A stretch of 64,000 bases of DNA, from the NCBI RefSeq assembly GCF_009914755.1, contig NC_060933.1; one strand, written 5' to 3'. This DNA is from the human T2T-CHM13v2.0 reference genome, Homo sapiens. Every line of letters begins with the position of its first letter. Position 1 is the stretch's first letter. This document shows, one piece after another, positions 1 to 14,180 of this stretch. The notes beneath the pieces were generated by a model. That model did no database searches. It was not told the origin of the DNA and saw only the letters and a list, made by a program, of their open reading frames with translations. Both the position numbers and the translations under genes were made by a program.

Positions 1-2953
1 CCGAGTGGAATGGAATGGAAAGCACTGGAATGGAGTGGAATGGAATGGAATGGAATGGATTGGAATCAACTCGATTGGAATGGAATGGAATGGAATGGAA
101 TGGAATTAACCCGAATAGAATGGAATGGAATGGAATGGAAAGGAATGGAAGGGAATGGAATGGAATGTAATGAACCCGAGTGCAGGGGAATGGAATGGAA
201 TTGAATGCAATGGAATGGAATTGAATGCAATGGAATGGAATCATCCGGAATGGAATGGAAGGGAATGGAATGGAATGGAATGGAATGGAATGATCCCGAT
301 GCAATGGAATGGAATGGAATGGAATGGAATGGAATGGAAACATCCCGAATGGAATGGAATGCAATGGAATGGAATCAACCCGAGTGCAGGGGAATGGAAT
401 GGAATGGAATGCAATGGAATGGAATCATCCGTAATGGAATGGAAAGGAATGGAATGGAATGGAATGGAATGGAATGGAATGGAATCAACTCGATGGCAAT
501 CGAATGGAATGGAATGGAATTAACCCGAATAGAATGGAATGGAATAGAATGGAACGGAACGGAACGGAATGAAATGGAATGGAATGGAATGGAATGGAAT
601 GGAATGGAATGGAACGGAAAGGAAGGGAATGGAATGGAATAGAATGGAATGGAATGGAATCAACGCGAGTGCAGGGGAATGGAATGGAATGGAATGCAAT
701 GGAATGGAACAACCCGAATGGAATGGAATGAAATGGAGAGTAAGGGAGTTGAATAGAATCAATCCGAATGTAATGGAATGGAATGCAACGGAATGTAATG
801 GAATGGAATGGAATGGAATGCAATGGAATGGAATCAACCCGAGTACAATGGAATGGAATGGAATGGAATGGAATGGAATGGAATGGAATGGAATGGAATG
901 GATTGGAATACCTTCAAACCGAATGGAATGGAAAGGAATGGAATCAACACGAGTGGAATGGAATGGAATGGAATGGAATGGAATGGCAAGGAATGGAATG
1001 GAATGATATGGAATAGAATGGAATGGAACGAAATGGAATGGAATGGAATGGAATGGAATGGAATGGAATGGAATGGAATCGTTCCGAGTGGAATAGCAGG
1101 GAATGTATTCGAGTGGAATGGAAAGGAATGGAATCAACCAGAGTAGAATGGAAGGGAATGGAATGGAATGGAAACTAATAGAATGGAATCAACCCGAATG
1201 GAATGGAATGGAAAGGACTGGAATGGAAAGGAATGGAATGGAATGGAATGGAATGGAATGGAATGGAATGGAATGGAATGGAATCAACGCGAGTGCAGGG
1301 GAATGGAATGGAATGGAATGGAATGGAATGGAATGGAATGGAATGGAATGGAATCAACCTGAGTGCAGGGGAATGTAATGGAACGGAATGCAATGGAATG
1401 GAATCATCCGGAATGGAATGGAATGGAATGGAATGGAATGGAATGGAATGGAATCAACCCGAGTGCAATGGAATGGAGTGGAATGGAATGGAATGGAATG
1501 GAATGGAATGGAATGGAATGGAATGGAATGGAATGGAAACCCGAGTGCAGGGGAATGTAATGGAACGGAATGCAATGGAATGGAATCATCCGGAATGGAA
1601 TGGAATGGAATGGAATGGAATCAACCCGAGTGCAATGGAATGGAGTGGAATGGAATGGAATGGAATGGAACAACCCGAATGGAATGGAATGTAATGGAGA
1701 GTAAGGGAGTTGAATAGAATCAATCCGAATGTAAAGGAATGGAATGCAACGGAATGGAATTGAATGGAATGGAATGGAATGCAATGGATTGGAGTCAACC
1801 CGAGTGCAATGGAAAGGAGAGGAATGGAATGGAATGGAATGGAAACTACGCGAATGTAATGGAATGTAATGGAGTGTAAGGGAATTGAATAGAATCAATC
1901 CGAATGTAATGGAATGGAATGGAATGGAATGCAGTGGAATGGAATGGAATGGAATCAACCCGAGTGCAATGGAATGGAGTGAAATGGAATGGAATGGAAT
2001 GGAAACAACGAGAATGGATTGGAATATAATGGAGTGTAAGGGAATTGAATAGAATCAATCTGAATGTAATGAAATGGAATGGAACGGAATGTAATGTAAT
2101 GGAATGGAATGGAATGCAATGGAATGGAATCAACCTGAGTGCAATCAAATGGAATCGAATGGAATGGAATGCAATGGAATGGATTCAACTTGAATGGAAA
2201 GGAAAGAATGGAATCAACACGAGTGGAATGGCATGGATTGGAATGGAATGGAATGGAATCAACCCGAGTACAGGGGAATGGAATGGAATGGAATGCAATG
2301 CAATGGAATCATCAGTAATGGAATGGAAAGGAATGGAAAGGACTGGAATGGAATGGAATGGAATGGAATGGAATGGAATCAACTCGATTGCAATCGAATG
2401 GAATGGAATGGAATTAACCCGAATAGAATGGAATGCAATGGAATGGAACGGAACGGAACGAAACGGAACGGAAAGGAATGGAATGGAATGGAACGGAACG
2501 GAATGGAATGGAATGGAATGGAATGGAATGGAATGGAATGGAATCAACGCGAGTGTAGGGGAATGGAATGGAATCGAATGGAATGGAAAGGAATGGAATG
2601 GAATCAACCCGAGTGCAGGGGAATGTAATAGAACGGAATGCAATGGAATGGAATCATCCGGAATGGAATGGAATGGAATGGAATGGAATCAACCCGAGTG
2701 CAATGGAATGGAGTGGAATGGAATGGAATGGAATGGAACAACCCGAATGGAATGGAATGTAATGGAGAGTAAGGGAGTTGAAAAGAATCAATCCGAATGT
2801 AATGGAATGGAATGGAACGGAATGGAATGGAATGGAATGGAATGGAATAGAATGTAATGGAATGGAAAGAACCCGAGTACAATGGAATGGAATGGAATGG
2901 AATGGAATGGAATGGAATGGAATGGAATGGAATGGAATGGAATGCAATGGAAT

Positions 2954-2968
2954 GGAATCTTCCGGAAT
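2954..2968 (+). promoter_or_regulatory. Perfect heat-shock-element motif nGAAnnTTCnnGAAn (GGAATCTTCCGGAAT); representative of about 40 copies across the window
   Basis: Parses as gGAAt-cTTCc-gGAAt. Other copies include 4268, 5076, 6344, 8616, 10300, 11831, 13495, 15206, 15406, 37311, and reverse-strand copies such as 45571, 48382, 52270. This is a motif match only; binding is not shown. Confidence 0.55.
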
Positions 2969-4639
2969 GGAATGGAATGGAATGGAATGCAATGGATTCA
3001 ACCCGATTGCAATGGAATGGAATAGAATGGAATGGAATGGAATGGAATGGAATGGAATGGAATTAAACAGAATAGAATGGAATGGAATGGAATGGAACGG
3101 AACAGAACAGAACGGAACGGAAAGGAGTGGAATGGAATGGAATGGAATTGTATGGAATGGAATGGAATGGTACGGAATAGAATGGAATGGAAAGAATTGG
3201 AATGGAATGGAATCGAATGGAATGGAATTGAATGGAATGGAATCAACCCGAGTGCAGGGGAATGTAATGGAACGGAATGCAATGGAATGGAATCATCCGG
3301 AATGGAATGGAATGGAATGGAATGGAATGGAATGGAATGGAATCAACCTGAGCGCAATGGAATGGAGTGAAATGGAATGGAATGGAATGGAGACAACCAG
3401 AATGGATTGGAATATAATGGAGTGTAAGGGAATTGAATAGAATCAATCTGAATGTAATGAAATGGAATGGAACGGAATGGAATGGAATGTAATGGAATGG
3501 AATGGAATGCAATGGAATGGAATCAACCCGAGTGCAATCGAATGGAATCGAATGGAATGGAATGCAATGGAATGGATTCAACTTGAATGGAATGGAAAGA
3601 ATGGAATCAACACGAGTGGAATGGCATGGATTGGAATGCAATGGAATGGAATCAACCCGAATATAGGGGAATGGAATGGAATGCAATGCAATGGAATGGA
3701 ATCATCCGTAATGGAATGGAAAGGAATGGAATGGAATGGAACGGAATGGAATGGAATGGAATCAACTCGATTGCAATCGAATGGAATGGAATGGAATTAA
3801 CCCGAATAGAATGGAATGGAATGGAATGGAACGGAACGGAATGGAATGGAATGGAATGGAATGGAATGGAATGGGACGGAAAGGAAGGGAATGGAACGGA
3901 ATAGAAAGGAATGGAATGGAATCAACGCGAGTGCAGGGGAATGGAATGGAATGGAATGCAATGGAATGGAATCATCCGTAATGGAATGGAATGGAAAGGA
4001 ATGGAATGGAATGGAATGGAATGGAATAGAATGGAATGGAATCAACACGATTGCAATCGAATGGAATGGAATGGAATTAACCCGAATAGAATGGAATGGA
4101 ATGGAATGGAACGGAACGGAACGGAATGGAATGGATTGGAATGGAATGGAATGGAATGGAATGGAACGGAAAGGAATGGAATGGAATGGAATGGAATGGA
4201 ATGGAATGGAATGGAATGGAATCAACGCGAGTGCAGGGGAATGGAATGGAATGGAATGCAATGGAATGGAATCTTCCGGAATGGAATGGAATGGAATGGA
4301 ATGGAAGGGAATCAACCCGAGTGCAATGGAATGGAGTGGAATGGAATGGAATGGAATGGAACAACCCGAATGGAATGGAATGTAATGGAGAGTAAGGGAG
4401 TTGAATAGAATCAATCCGAATGTAATGGAATGGAATGGAACGGAATGGAATTGAATGGAATGGAATGGAATGCAACGGAATGGAATCAACCCCATTGCAA
4501 TGGAATGGAGAGGAATGGAATGGAAACTACCCGAATGGAATGGAATGTCATGGAGTGTAAGGGAATTGAATAGAATCAATCCGAATGTAAAGGAATGGAA
4601 TGGAACGGAATGGAATGGAATGGAATGGAATGGAATGGA

Positions 4640-7100
4640 ATCAACCCGAGTGCAATCGAATGGAATCGAATTGAATGGAATGCAATGGAATGGACTCAAC
4701 TTGAATGGAATGGAAAGAATGGAATCAACACGAGTGGAATGGCATGGATTGGAATGGAATGGAATGGAATCAACCTGAGTACAGGGGAATGGAATGGAAT
4801 GGAATGCAATGGAATGGAATCATTCGTAATGGAATGGAAAGGAATGGAATGGAATGGAATGGAATGGAATGGAATGGAATGGAATCAACTCGATTGCAAT
4901 CGAATGGAATGGAATGGAATTAACCCGAATAGAATGGAATGGAATGGAATGGAATGGAACGGAATGGAATGGAATGGAATGGAATGGAATGGAATGGAAC
5001 GGAACGGAATGGAATGGAATGGAATGGAATCAACGCGAGTGCAGGGGAATGGAATGGAATGGAATGCAATGGAATGGAATCTTCCGGAATGGAATAGAAT
5101 GGAATGGAATGGAATGAAATGCAATGGATTCAACTCGATTTCAATGGAATGGAATAGAATGGAATGGAATGGAATGGAATGGAATTAATCCGAATAGAAT
5201 GGAATGGAATGGAATGGAACGGAATGGAACGGAATGGAATGGAATGGAATGGAATGGAATGGAATGGTATGGAATGGAATGGAATGGTACGGAATAGAAT
5301 GGAATGGAACGAATTGTAATGGAATGGAATTGAATGGAATGGAATGGAATGGAATGGAATCAACGCGAGTGCAGGGGAATGTAATGGAACGGAATGCAAT
5401 GGAATGGAATCATCCGGAATGGAATGGAATGGAATGGAATGGAATGGAATCAACCCGAGTGCAATGGAATGGAGTGGAATGGAATGGAATGGAATGGAAC
5501 AACCCCAATGGAATGCAATGTAATGGAGAGTAAGGGAGTTGAATAGAATCAATCCGAATGTAATGGAATGGAATGCAACGGAATGGAATGGAATGGAATG
5601 GAATGGAATGCAATGGAATGGAATCAACACGAGTACAATGGAATGGAATGGAATGGAATGGAATGGAATGGAATGGAATGGAATGATACGGAATAGAATG
5701 GAATGGAACGAAATGGAATGGAATGGAATGGAATGGAATGGAATGGAATGGAATGGAATCGTTCCGAGTGGAATAGGAGGGAATGTATTCGAGTGGAATG
5801 GAAAGGAATGGAATCAACCAGAGTGCAATGGAAGGGAATGGAATGGAATGGAAAGGAATGGAATGGAATGGATTGGAATGCAATGGAATGGAATCAACCC
5901 GAGTGCAATCGAATGGAATCAAATGGAATGGAATGCAATGGAATGGATTCAACTTGAATGGAAAGGAAAGAATGGAATCAACACGAGTGGAATGGCATGG
6001 ATTGGAATGGAATGGAATGGAATCAACCCGAGTACAGGGGAATGGAATGGAATGGAATGCAATGGAATGGAATCATCCGTAATGGAATGGAAAGGAATGG
6101 AATGGAATGGAATGGAATGGAATAGAATGGAATGGAATCAACTCGATTGAAATCGAATGGAATGGAATGGAATTAACCCGAATAGAATGGAATGGAATGG
6201 AATGGAACGGAACGGAATGGAATGGAATGGAATGGAATGGAATGGAATGGAACGGAACGGAATGGAATGGAATGGAATGGAATGGAATGGAATGGAATCA
6301 ACGCGAGTGCAGGGGAATGGAATGGAATGGAATGCAATGGAATGGAATCTTCCGGAATGGAATGGAATGGAATGGAATGGAATGAAATGCAATGGATTCA
6401 ACTCGATTGCAATGGAATGGAATAGAATGGAATGGAATGGAATGGAATGGAATTAATCCGAATAGAATGGAATGGAATGGAATGGAACGGAATGGAACGG
6501 AATGGAATGGAATGGAATGGAATGGAATGGTATGGAATGGAATGGAATGGTACGGAATAGAATGGAATGGAACGAATTGTAATGGAATGGAATTGAATGG
6601 AATGGAATGGAATCAACGCGAGTGCAGGGGAATGTAATGGAACGGAATGCAATGGAATGGAATCATCCGGAATGGAATGGAATGGAATGGAATGGAATGG
6701 AATGGAATGGAATGGAATCAACCCGAGTGCAATGGAATGGAGTGGAATGGAATGGAATGGAATGGAACAACCCGAATGGTATGGAATGTAATGGAGAGTA
6801 AGGGAGTTGAATACAATCAATCCGAATGTAATGGAATGGAATGCAACGGAATGGAATGGAATGGAATGGAATGGAATGGAATGCAATGGAATTGAATCAA
6901 CCTGAGTACAATGGAATGGAATGGAATGGAATGGAATGGAATGGAATGGAATGGAATGGAATGGAATGGAATGGAATGATACGGAATAGAATGGAATGGA
7001 ACGAAATGGAATGGAATGGAATGGAATGGAATGGAATGGAATCGTTCCGAGTGGAATAGGAGGGAATGTATTCGAGTGGAATGGAAAGGAATTGTATCAA
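4640..7100 (+). repeat. Diverged tandem duplication, period about 1.26 kb
   Basis: The same word order recurs at offsets of 1253-1293: CAACCCGAGTGCAATCG 4642/5895, CAACTTG 4697/5950, CTTCCGG 5081/6349, TAATCCG 5186/6454, CGTTCCGAG 5760/7043. A related copy lies at about 8170-9300. Confidence 0.75.
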
Positions 7101-7729
7101 CAAGAGTGGAATGGAAGGGAAGGGAATGTAATGGAAACTAATAGAATGGAATCAACCCGAGTGGAATGGAATGGAAAGTACTGGAATGGAATGGAATGGA
7201 ATGGAATCAACTCGATTGTAATGGAATGGAATGGAATGGAATGGAATGGATTGGAATGGAATGGAATTAACCCGAATACAATGGAATGGAATGGAATGGA
7301 ACGGAATGGAGTGGAATGGAATGGAATCAACCCGAGTGCAGGGGAGTGGAATGGAATAGAATGCAATGGAATGGAATCATCCGGAATGGAATGGAATGGA
7401 ATGGAATGCAAAGCAATGGAATCAACTCGATTGCAATGGAATGGAATGGAATGGAAAGGAATACATTGGAATCAACCCGAGTGGAATGGAATGGAAAGGA
7501 CTGGAATGGAGTGGAATGGAATGGAATGGAATGGAATGGAATCAACTCGATTGGAATGGAATGGAATGGAATGGAATGGAATGGAATGGAATCAACTCGA
7601 TTGCAATCGAATGGAATGGAATGGAATTAACCCGAATAGAATGGAGTGGAATGGAATGGAACGGAATGGAATGGAATGGAATGGAATGGAATGGAATGGA
7701 ATGGAATGGAATGGAATGGAATGGAATTA

Positions 7730-10700
7730 ACCCGAATAGAATGGAATGGAATGGAATGGAACGGAACGGAATGGAATGGAATGGAATGGAATGGAATGGT
7801 ATGGAATGGAATGGAATAGTACGGAATAGAATGGAATGGAACGAATTGTAATGGAATGGAATCGAATGGAATGGAATGGAATGGAATGGAATGGAATCAA
7901 CGCGAGTGCAGGGGAATGTAATGGAACGGAATGTAATGGAATGGAATCATCCGGAATGGAATGGAATGGAATGGAATGGAATGGAATGGAATGGAATCAA
8001 CCCGAGTGCAATGGAATGGAGTGGAATGGAATGGAATGGAATGGAAAAACCCGAATGGAATGGAATGTAATGGAGAGTAAGGGAGTTGAATAGAATCAAT
8101 CCGAATGTAATGGAATGGAATGCAACGGAATGGAATGGAATGGAATGGAATGGAATGCAATGGAATTGAATCAACCCGAGTGCAATAGAATGGAATCGAA
8201 TGGAATGGAATGCAATGGAATGGACTCAACTTGAATGGAATGGAAAGAATGGAATCAACACGAGTGGAATGGCATGGATTGGAATGGAATGGAATGGAAT
8301 CAACCCGAGTACAGGGGAATGGAATGGAATGGAATGCAATGGAATGGAATCATCCGTAATGTAATGGAAAGGAATGGAATGGAATGGAATGGAATGGAAT
8401 GGAATGGAATGGAGTCAACTCGATTGCAATCGAATGGAATGGAATGGAATTAACCCGAATAGAATGGAATGGAATGGAATGGAATGGAACGGAACGGAAT
8501 GAAATGGAATGGAATGGAATGGAATGGAACGGAACGGAATGGAATGGAATGGAATGGAATGGAATGGAATCAACGCGAGTGTAGGGGAATGGAATGGAAT
8601 GGAATGTAATGGAATGGAATCTTCCGGAATGGAATGGAATGAAATGGAATGGAATGAAATGCAATGGATTCAACTCGATTGCAATGGAATGGAATAGAAT
8701 GGAATGGAATGGAATGGAATTAATCCGAATAGAATGGAATGGAATGGAATGGAACGGAATGGAACGGAATGGAATGGAATGGAATGGTATGGAATGGAAT
8801 GGAATGGTATGGAATAGAATGGAATGGAACGAATTGTAATGGAATGGAATTGAATGGAATGGAATGGAATGGAATGGAATCAATGCGAGTGCAAGGGAAT
8901 GTAATGGAACGGAATGCAATGGAATGGAATCATCCGGAATGGAATGGAATGGAATGGAATGGAATGGAATGGAATGGAATCAACCCGAGTGCAATGGAAT
9001 GTAACGGAGAGTAAGGGAGTTGAATAGAATCAATCCGAATGTAATGGAATGGAATGCAACGGAATGGAATGGAATGGAATGGAATGGAATGGAATGGAAT
9101 GGAATGCAATGGAATTGAATCAACCCGAGTACAATGGAATGGAATGGAATGGAATGGAATGGAATGGAATGATACGGAATAGAATGGAATGGAACGAAAT
9201 GGAATGGAATGGAATGGAATGGAATGGAATGGAATGGAATGGAATCGTTCCGAGTGGAATAGGAGGGAATGTATTCGAGTGGAATGGAAAGGAATGGTAT
9301 CAACCAGAGTGGAATGGAAGGGAATGGAATGGAATGGAAACTAATAGAATGGAATCAACCCGAGTGGAATGGAATGGAAAGGATTGGAATGGAATGGAAT
9401 AGAATGGAATCAACTCGATTGTAATGGAATGGAATGGAATGGAATGGAATTAACCCGAATACATTGGAATGGAATGGAATGGAGCGGAATGGAGTGGAAT
9501 GGAATGGAATCAACACGAGTGCAGGGGAATGGAATGGAATGGAATGCAATGGAATGGAATCATCCGGAATGGAATGGAATGGAATGGAATGCAAAGCAAT
9601 GGAATCAACTCGATTGCAATGGAATGGAATGGAATGGAAAGGAATACATTGGAATCAACCCGAGTGGAATGGAATGGAAAGGACTGGAATGGAGTGGAAT
9701 GGAATGGAATGGAATGGAATGGAATCAACTCGATTGGAATGGAATGGAATGGAATGGAATGGAATTAACCCGAATAGAATGGAATGGAATGGAATGGAAC
9801 GGAACGGAACGGAATGGAATGGAATGGAATGGAATGGAATGGAATGGAATCAACCCGACTGCAGGGGAATGGAATGGAATGGAATGCAATGGAATGGATT
9901 CAACTTCAATGGAATGGAAAGAATGGAATCAACACGAGTGGAATGGCATGGATTGGAATGGAATGGAATGGAATCAACCCGAGTACAGGGGAATGGAATG
10001 GAATGGAATGCAATGGAATGGAATCATCCGTAATGGAATGGAATGGAAAGGAATGGAATGGAATGGAATGGAATGGAATAGAATGGAATGGAATCAACAC
10101 GATTGCAATCGAATGGAATGGAATGGAATTAACCCGAATAGAATGGAACGGAATGGAATGGATTGGAATGGAATGGAATGGAATGGAATGGAACGGAAAG
10201 GAATGGAATGGAATGGAATGGAATGGAATGGAATGGAATGGAATGGAATGGAATCAACGCGAGTGCAGGGGAATGGAATGGAATGGAATGCAATGGAATG
10301 GAATCTTCCGGAATGGAATGGAATGGAATGGAATGGAATGGAATCAACCCGAGTGCAATGGAATGGAGTGGAATGGAATGGAATGGAATGGAACAACCCG
10401 AATGGAATGGAATGTAATGGAGAGTAAGGGAGTTGAATAGAATCAATCCGAATGTAATGGAATGGAATGGAACGGAATGGAATTGAATGGAATGGAATGG
10501 AATGCAACGGAATGGAATCAACCCCATTGCAATGGAATGGAGAGGAATGGAATGGAAACTACCCGAATGGAATGGAATGTAATGGAGTGTAAGGGAATTG
10601 AATAGAATCAATCCGAATGTAAAGGAATGGAATGGAATGGAATGGAATGGAATGGAATGGAATGGAATGGAATCAACCCGAGTGCAATCGAATGGAATCG

Positions 10701-13700
10701 AATTGAATGGAATGCAATGGAATGGACTCAACTTGAATGGAATGGAAAGAATGGAATCAACACGAGTGGAATGGCATGGATTGGAATGGAATGGAATGGA
10801 ATCAACCTGAGTACAGGGGAATGGAATGGAATGGAATGCAATGGAATGGAATCATTCGTAATGGAATGGAAAGGAATGGAATGGAATGGAATGGAATGGA
10901 ATGGAATGGAATCAACTCGATTGCAATCGAATGGAATGGAATGGAATTAACCCGAATAGAATGGAATGGAATGGAATGGAACGGAACGGAATGGAATGGA
11001 ATGGAATGGAATGGAATGGTATGGAATGGAATGGAATAGTACGGAATAGAATGGAATGGAACGAATTGTAATGGAATGGAATCGAATGGAATGGAATGGA
11101 ATGGAATGGAATGGAATCAACGCGAGTGCAGGGGAATGTAATGGAACGGAATGTAATGGAATGGAATCATCCGGAATGGAATGGAATGGAATGGAATGGA
11201 ATGGAATGGAATCAACCCGAGTGCAATGGAATGGAGTGGAATGGAATGGAATGGAATGGAAAAACCCGAATGGAATGGAATGTAATGGAGAGTAAGGGAG
11301 TTGAATAGAATCAATCCGAATGTAATGGAATGGAATGCAACGGAATGGAATGGAATGGAATGGAATGGAATGCAATGGAATTGAATCAACCCGAGTGCAA
11401 TAGAATGGAATCGAATGGAATGGAATGCAATGGAATGGACTCAACTTGAATGGAATGGAAAGAATGGAATCAACACGAGTGGAATGGCATGGATTGGAAT
11501 GGAATGGAATGGAATCAACCCGAGTACAGGGGAATGGAATGGAATGGAATGCAATGGAATGGAATCATCCGTAATGTAATGGAAAGGAATGGAATGGAAT
11601 GGAATGGAATGGAATGGAATGGAATGGAGTCAACTCGATTGCAATCGAATGGAATGGAATGGAATTAACCCGAATAGAATGGAATGGAATGGAATGGAAT
11701 GGAACGGAACGGAATGAAATGGAATGGAATGGAATGGAATGGAACGGAACGGAATGGAATGGAATGGAATGGAATGGAATGGAATCAACGCGAGTGTAGG
11801 GGAATGGAATGGAATGGAATGTAATGGAATGGAATCTTCCGGAATGGAATGGAATGAAATGGATTGGAATGAAATGCAATGGATTCAACTCGATTGCAAT
11901 GGAATGGAATAGAATGGAATGGAATGGAATGGAATTAATCCGAATAGAATGGAATGGAATGGAATGGAACGGAATGGAACGGAATGGAATGGAATGGAAT
12001 GGTATGGAATGGAATGGAATGGTATGGAATAGAATGGAATGGAACGAATTGTAATGGAATGGAATTGAATGGAATGGAATGGAATGGAATGGAATCAACG
12101 CGAGTGCAAGGGAATGTAATGGAACGGAATGCAATGGAATGGAATCATCCGGAATGGAATGGAATGGAATGGAATGGAATGGAATGGAATGGAATCAACC
12201 CGAGTGCAATGGAATGTAACGGAGAGTAAGGGAGTTGAATAGAATCAATCCGAATGTAATGGAATAGAATGCAACGGAATGGAATGGAATGGAATGGAAT
12301 GGAATGGAATGGAATGGAATGCAATGGAATTGAATCAACCCGAGTACAATGGAATGGAATGGAATGGAATGGAATGATACGGAATAGAATGGAATGGAAC
12401 GAAATGGAATGGAATGGAATGGAATGGAATGGAATGGAATGGAATCGTTCCGAGTGGAATAGGAGGGAATGTATTCGAGTGGAATGGAAAGGAATGGTAT
12501 CAACCAGAGTGGAATGGAAGGGAATGGAATGGAATGGAAACTAATAGAATGGAATCAACCCGAGTGGAATGGAATGGAAAGGATTGGAATGGAATGGAAT
12601 AGAATGGAATCAACTCGATTGTAATGGAATGGAATGGAATGGAATGGAATTAACCCGAATACATTGGAATGGAATGGAATGGAGCGGAATGGAGTGGAAT
12701 GGAATGGAATCAACACGAGTGCAGGGGAATGGAATGGAATGGAATGCAATGGAATGGAATCATCCGGAATGGAATGGAATGGAATGGAATGCAAAGCAAT
12801 GGAATCAACTCGATTGCAATGGAATGGAATGGAATGGAAAGGAATACATTGGAATCAACCCGAGTGGAATGGAATGGAAAGGACTGGAATGGAGTGGAAT
12901 GGAATGGAATGGAATGGAATGGAATCAACTCGATTGGAATGGAATGGAATGGAATGGAATGGAATTAACCCGAATAGAATGGAATGGAATGGAATGGAAC
13001 GGAACGGAACGGAATGGAATGGAATGGAATGGAATGGAATGGAATGGAATCAACCCGACTGCAGGGGAATGGAATGGAATGGAATGCAATGGAATGGATT
13101 CAACTTCAATGGAATGGAAAGAATGGAATCAACACGAGTGGAATGGCATGGATTGGAATGGAATGGAATGGAATCAACCCGAGTACAGGGGAATGGAATG
13201 GAATGGAATGCAATGGAATGGAATCATCCGTAATGGAATGGAATGGAAAGGAATGGAATGGAATGGAATGGAATGGAATAGAATGGAATGGAATCAACAC
13301 GATTGCAATCGAATGGAATGGAATGGAATTAACCCGAATAGAATGGAACGGAATGGAATGGATTGGAATGGAATGGAATGGAATGGAATGGAACGGAAAG
13401 GAATGGAATGGAATGGAATGGAATGGAATGGAATGGAATGGAATGGAATCAACGCGAGTGCAGGGGAATGGAATGGAATGGAATGCAATGGAATGGAATC
13501 TTCCGGAATGGAATGGAATGGAATGGAATGGAATGGAATCAACCCGAGTGCAATGGAATGGAGTGGAATGGAATGGAATGGAATGGAACAACCCGAATGG
13601 AATGGAATGTAATGGAGAGTAAGGGAGTTGAATAGAATCAATCCGAATGTAATGGAATGGAATGGAACGGAATGGAATTGAATGGAATGGAATGGAATGC

Positions 13701-14180
13701 AACGGAATGGAATCAACCCCATTGCAATGGAATGGAGAGGAATGGAATGGAAACTACCCGAATGGAATGGAATGTAATGGAGTGTAAGGGAATTGAATAG
13801 AATCAATCCGAATGTAAAGGAATGGAATGGAACGGAATGGAATGGAATGGAATGGAATGGAATGGAATGGAATGGAATCAACCCGAGTGCAATCGAATGG
13901 AATCGAATTGAATGGAATGCAATGGAATGGACTCAACTTGAATGGAATGGAAAGAATGGAATCAACACGAGTGGAATGGCATGGATTGGAATGGAATGGA
14001 ATGGAATCAACCTGAGTACAGGGGAATGGAATGGAATGGAATGCAATGGAATGGAATCATTCGTAATGGAATGGAAAGGAATGGAATGGAATGGAATGGA
14101 ATGGAATGGAATGGAATGGAATCAACTCGATTGCAATCGAATGGAATGGAATGGAATTAACCCGAATAGAATGGAATGGA
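7730..14180 (+). repeat. Near-identical tandem duplication, 2 copies of about 3.2 kb (about 7730-10950 and 10950-14180)
   Basis: Rare variants are shared at 3195-3220 offset: GGAAAAACCCG (8043/11258), GTAACGGAGAG (9001/12216), GGAGCGGAAT (9481/12681), CAACCCCATTGC (10519/13714), CATTCGTAAT (10853/14048). ORF-track pairs 9434/12634 and 8235/11450 are identical. Confidence 0.9.

Noticed and set aside
181-200. G-quadruplex potential at CAGGGG words
   Set aside because: G-tracts of three or more are isolated and far apart, and no cluster of four tracts was seen.
748-765. GAATAGAATCA as a DUX4-like site
   Set aside because: It lacks the TAAT half-site of the TAAYYBAATCA consensus, so the resemblance is only partial.
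700-780. Recurring 30-40 bp word GGAGAGTAAGGGAGTTGAATAGAATCAATCCG resembling a CRISPR direct repeat or element terminus
   Set aside because: It parses as substituted GGAAT pentamers in register. The intervening DNA is satellite rather than unique spacers, the spacing is irregular, and there are no cas genes or target-site duplications.
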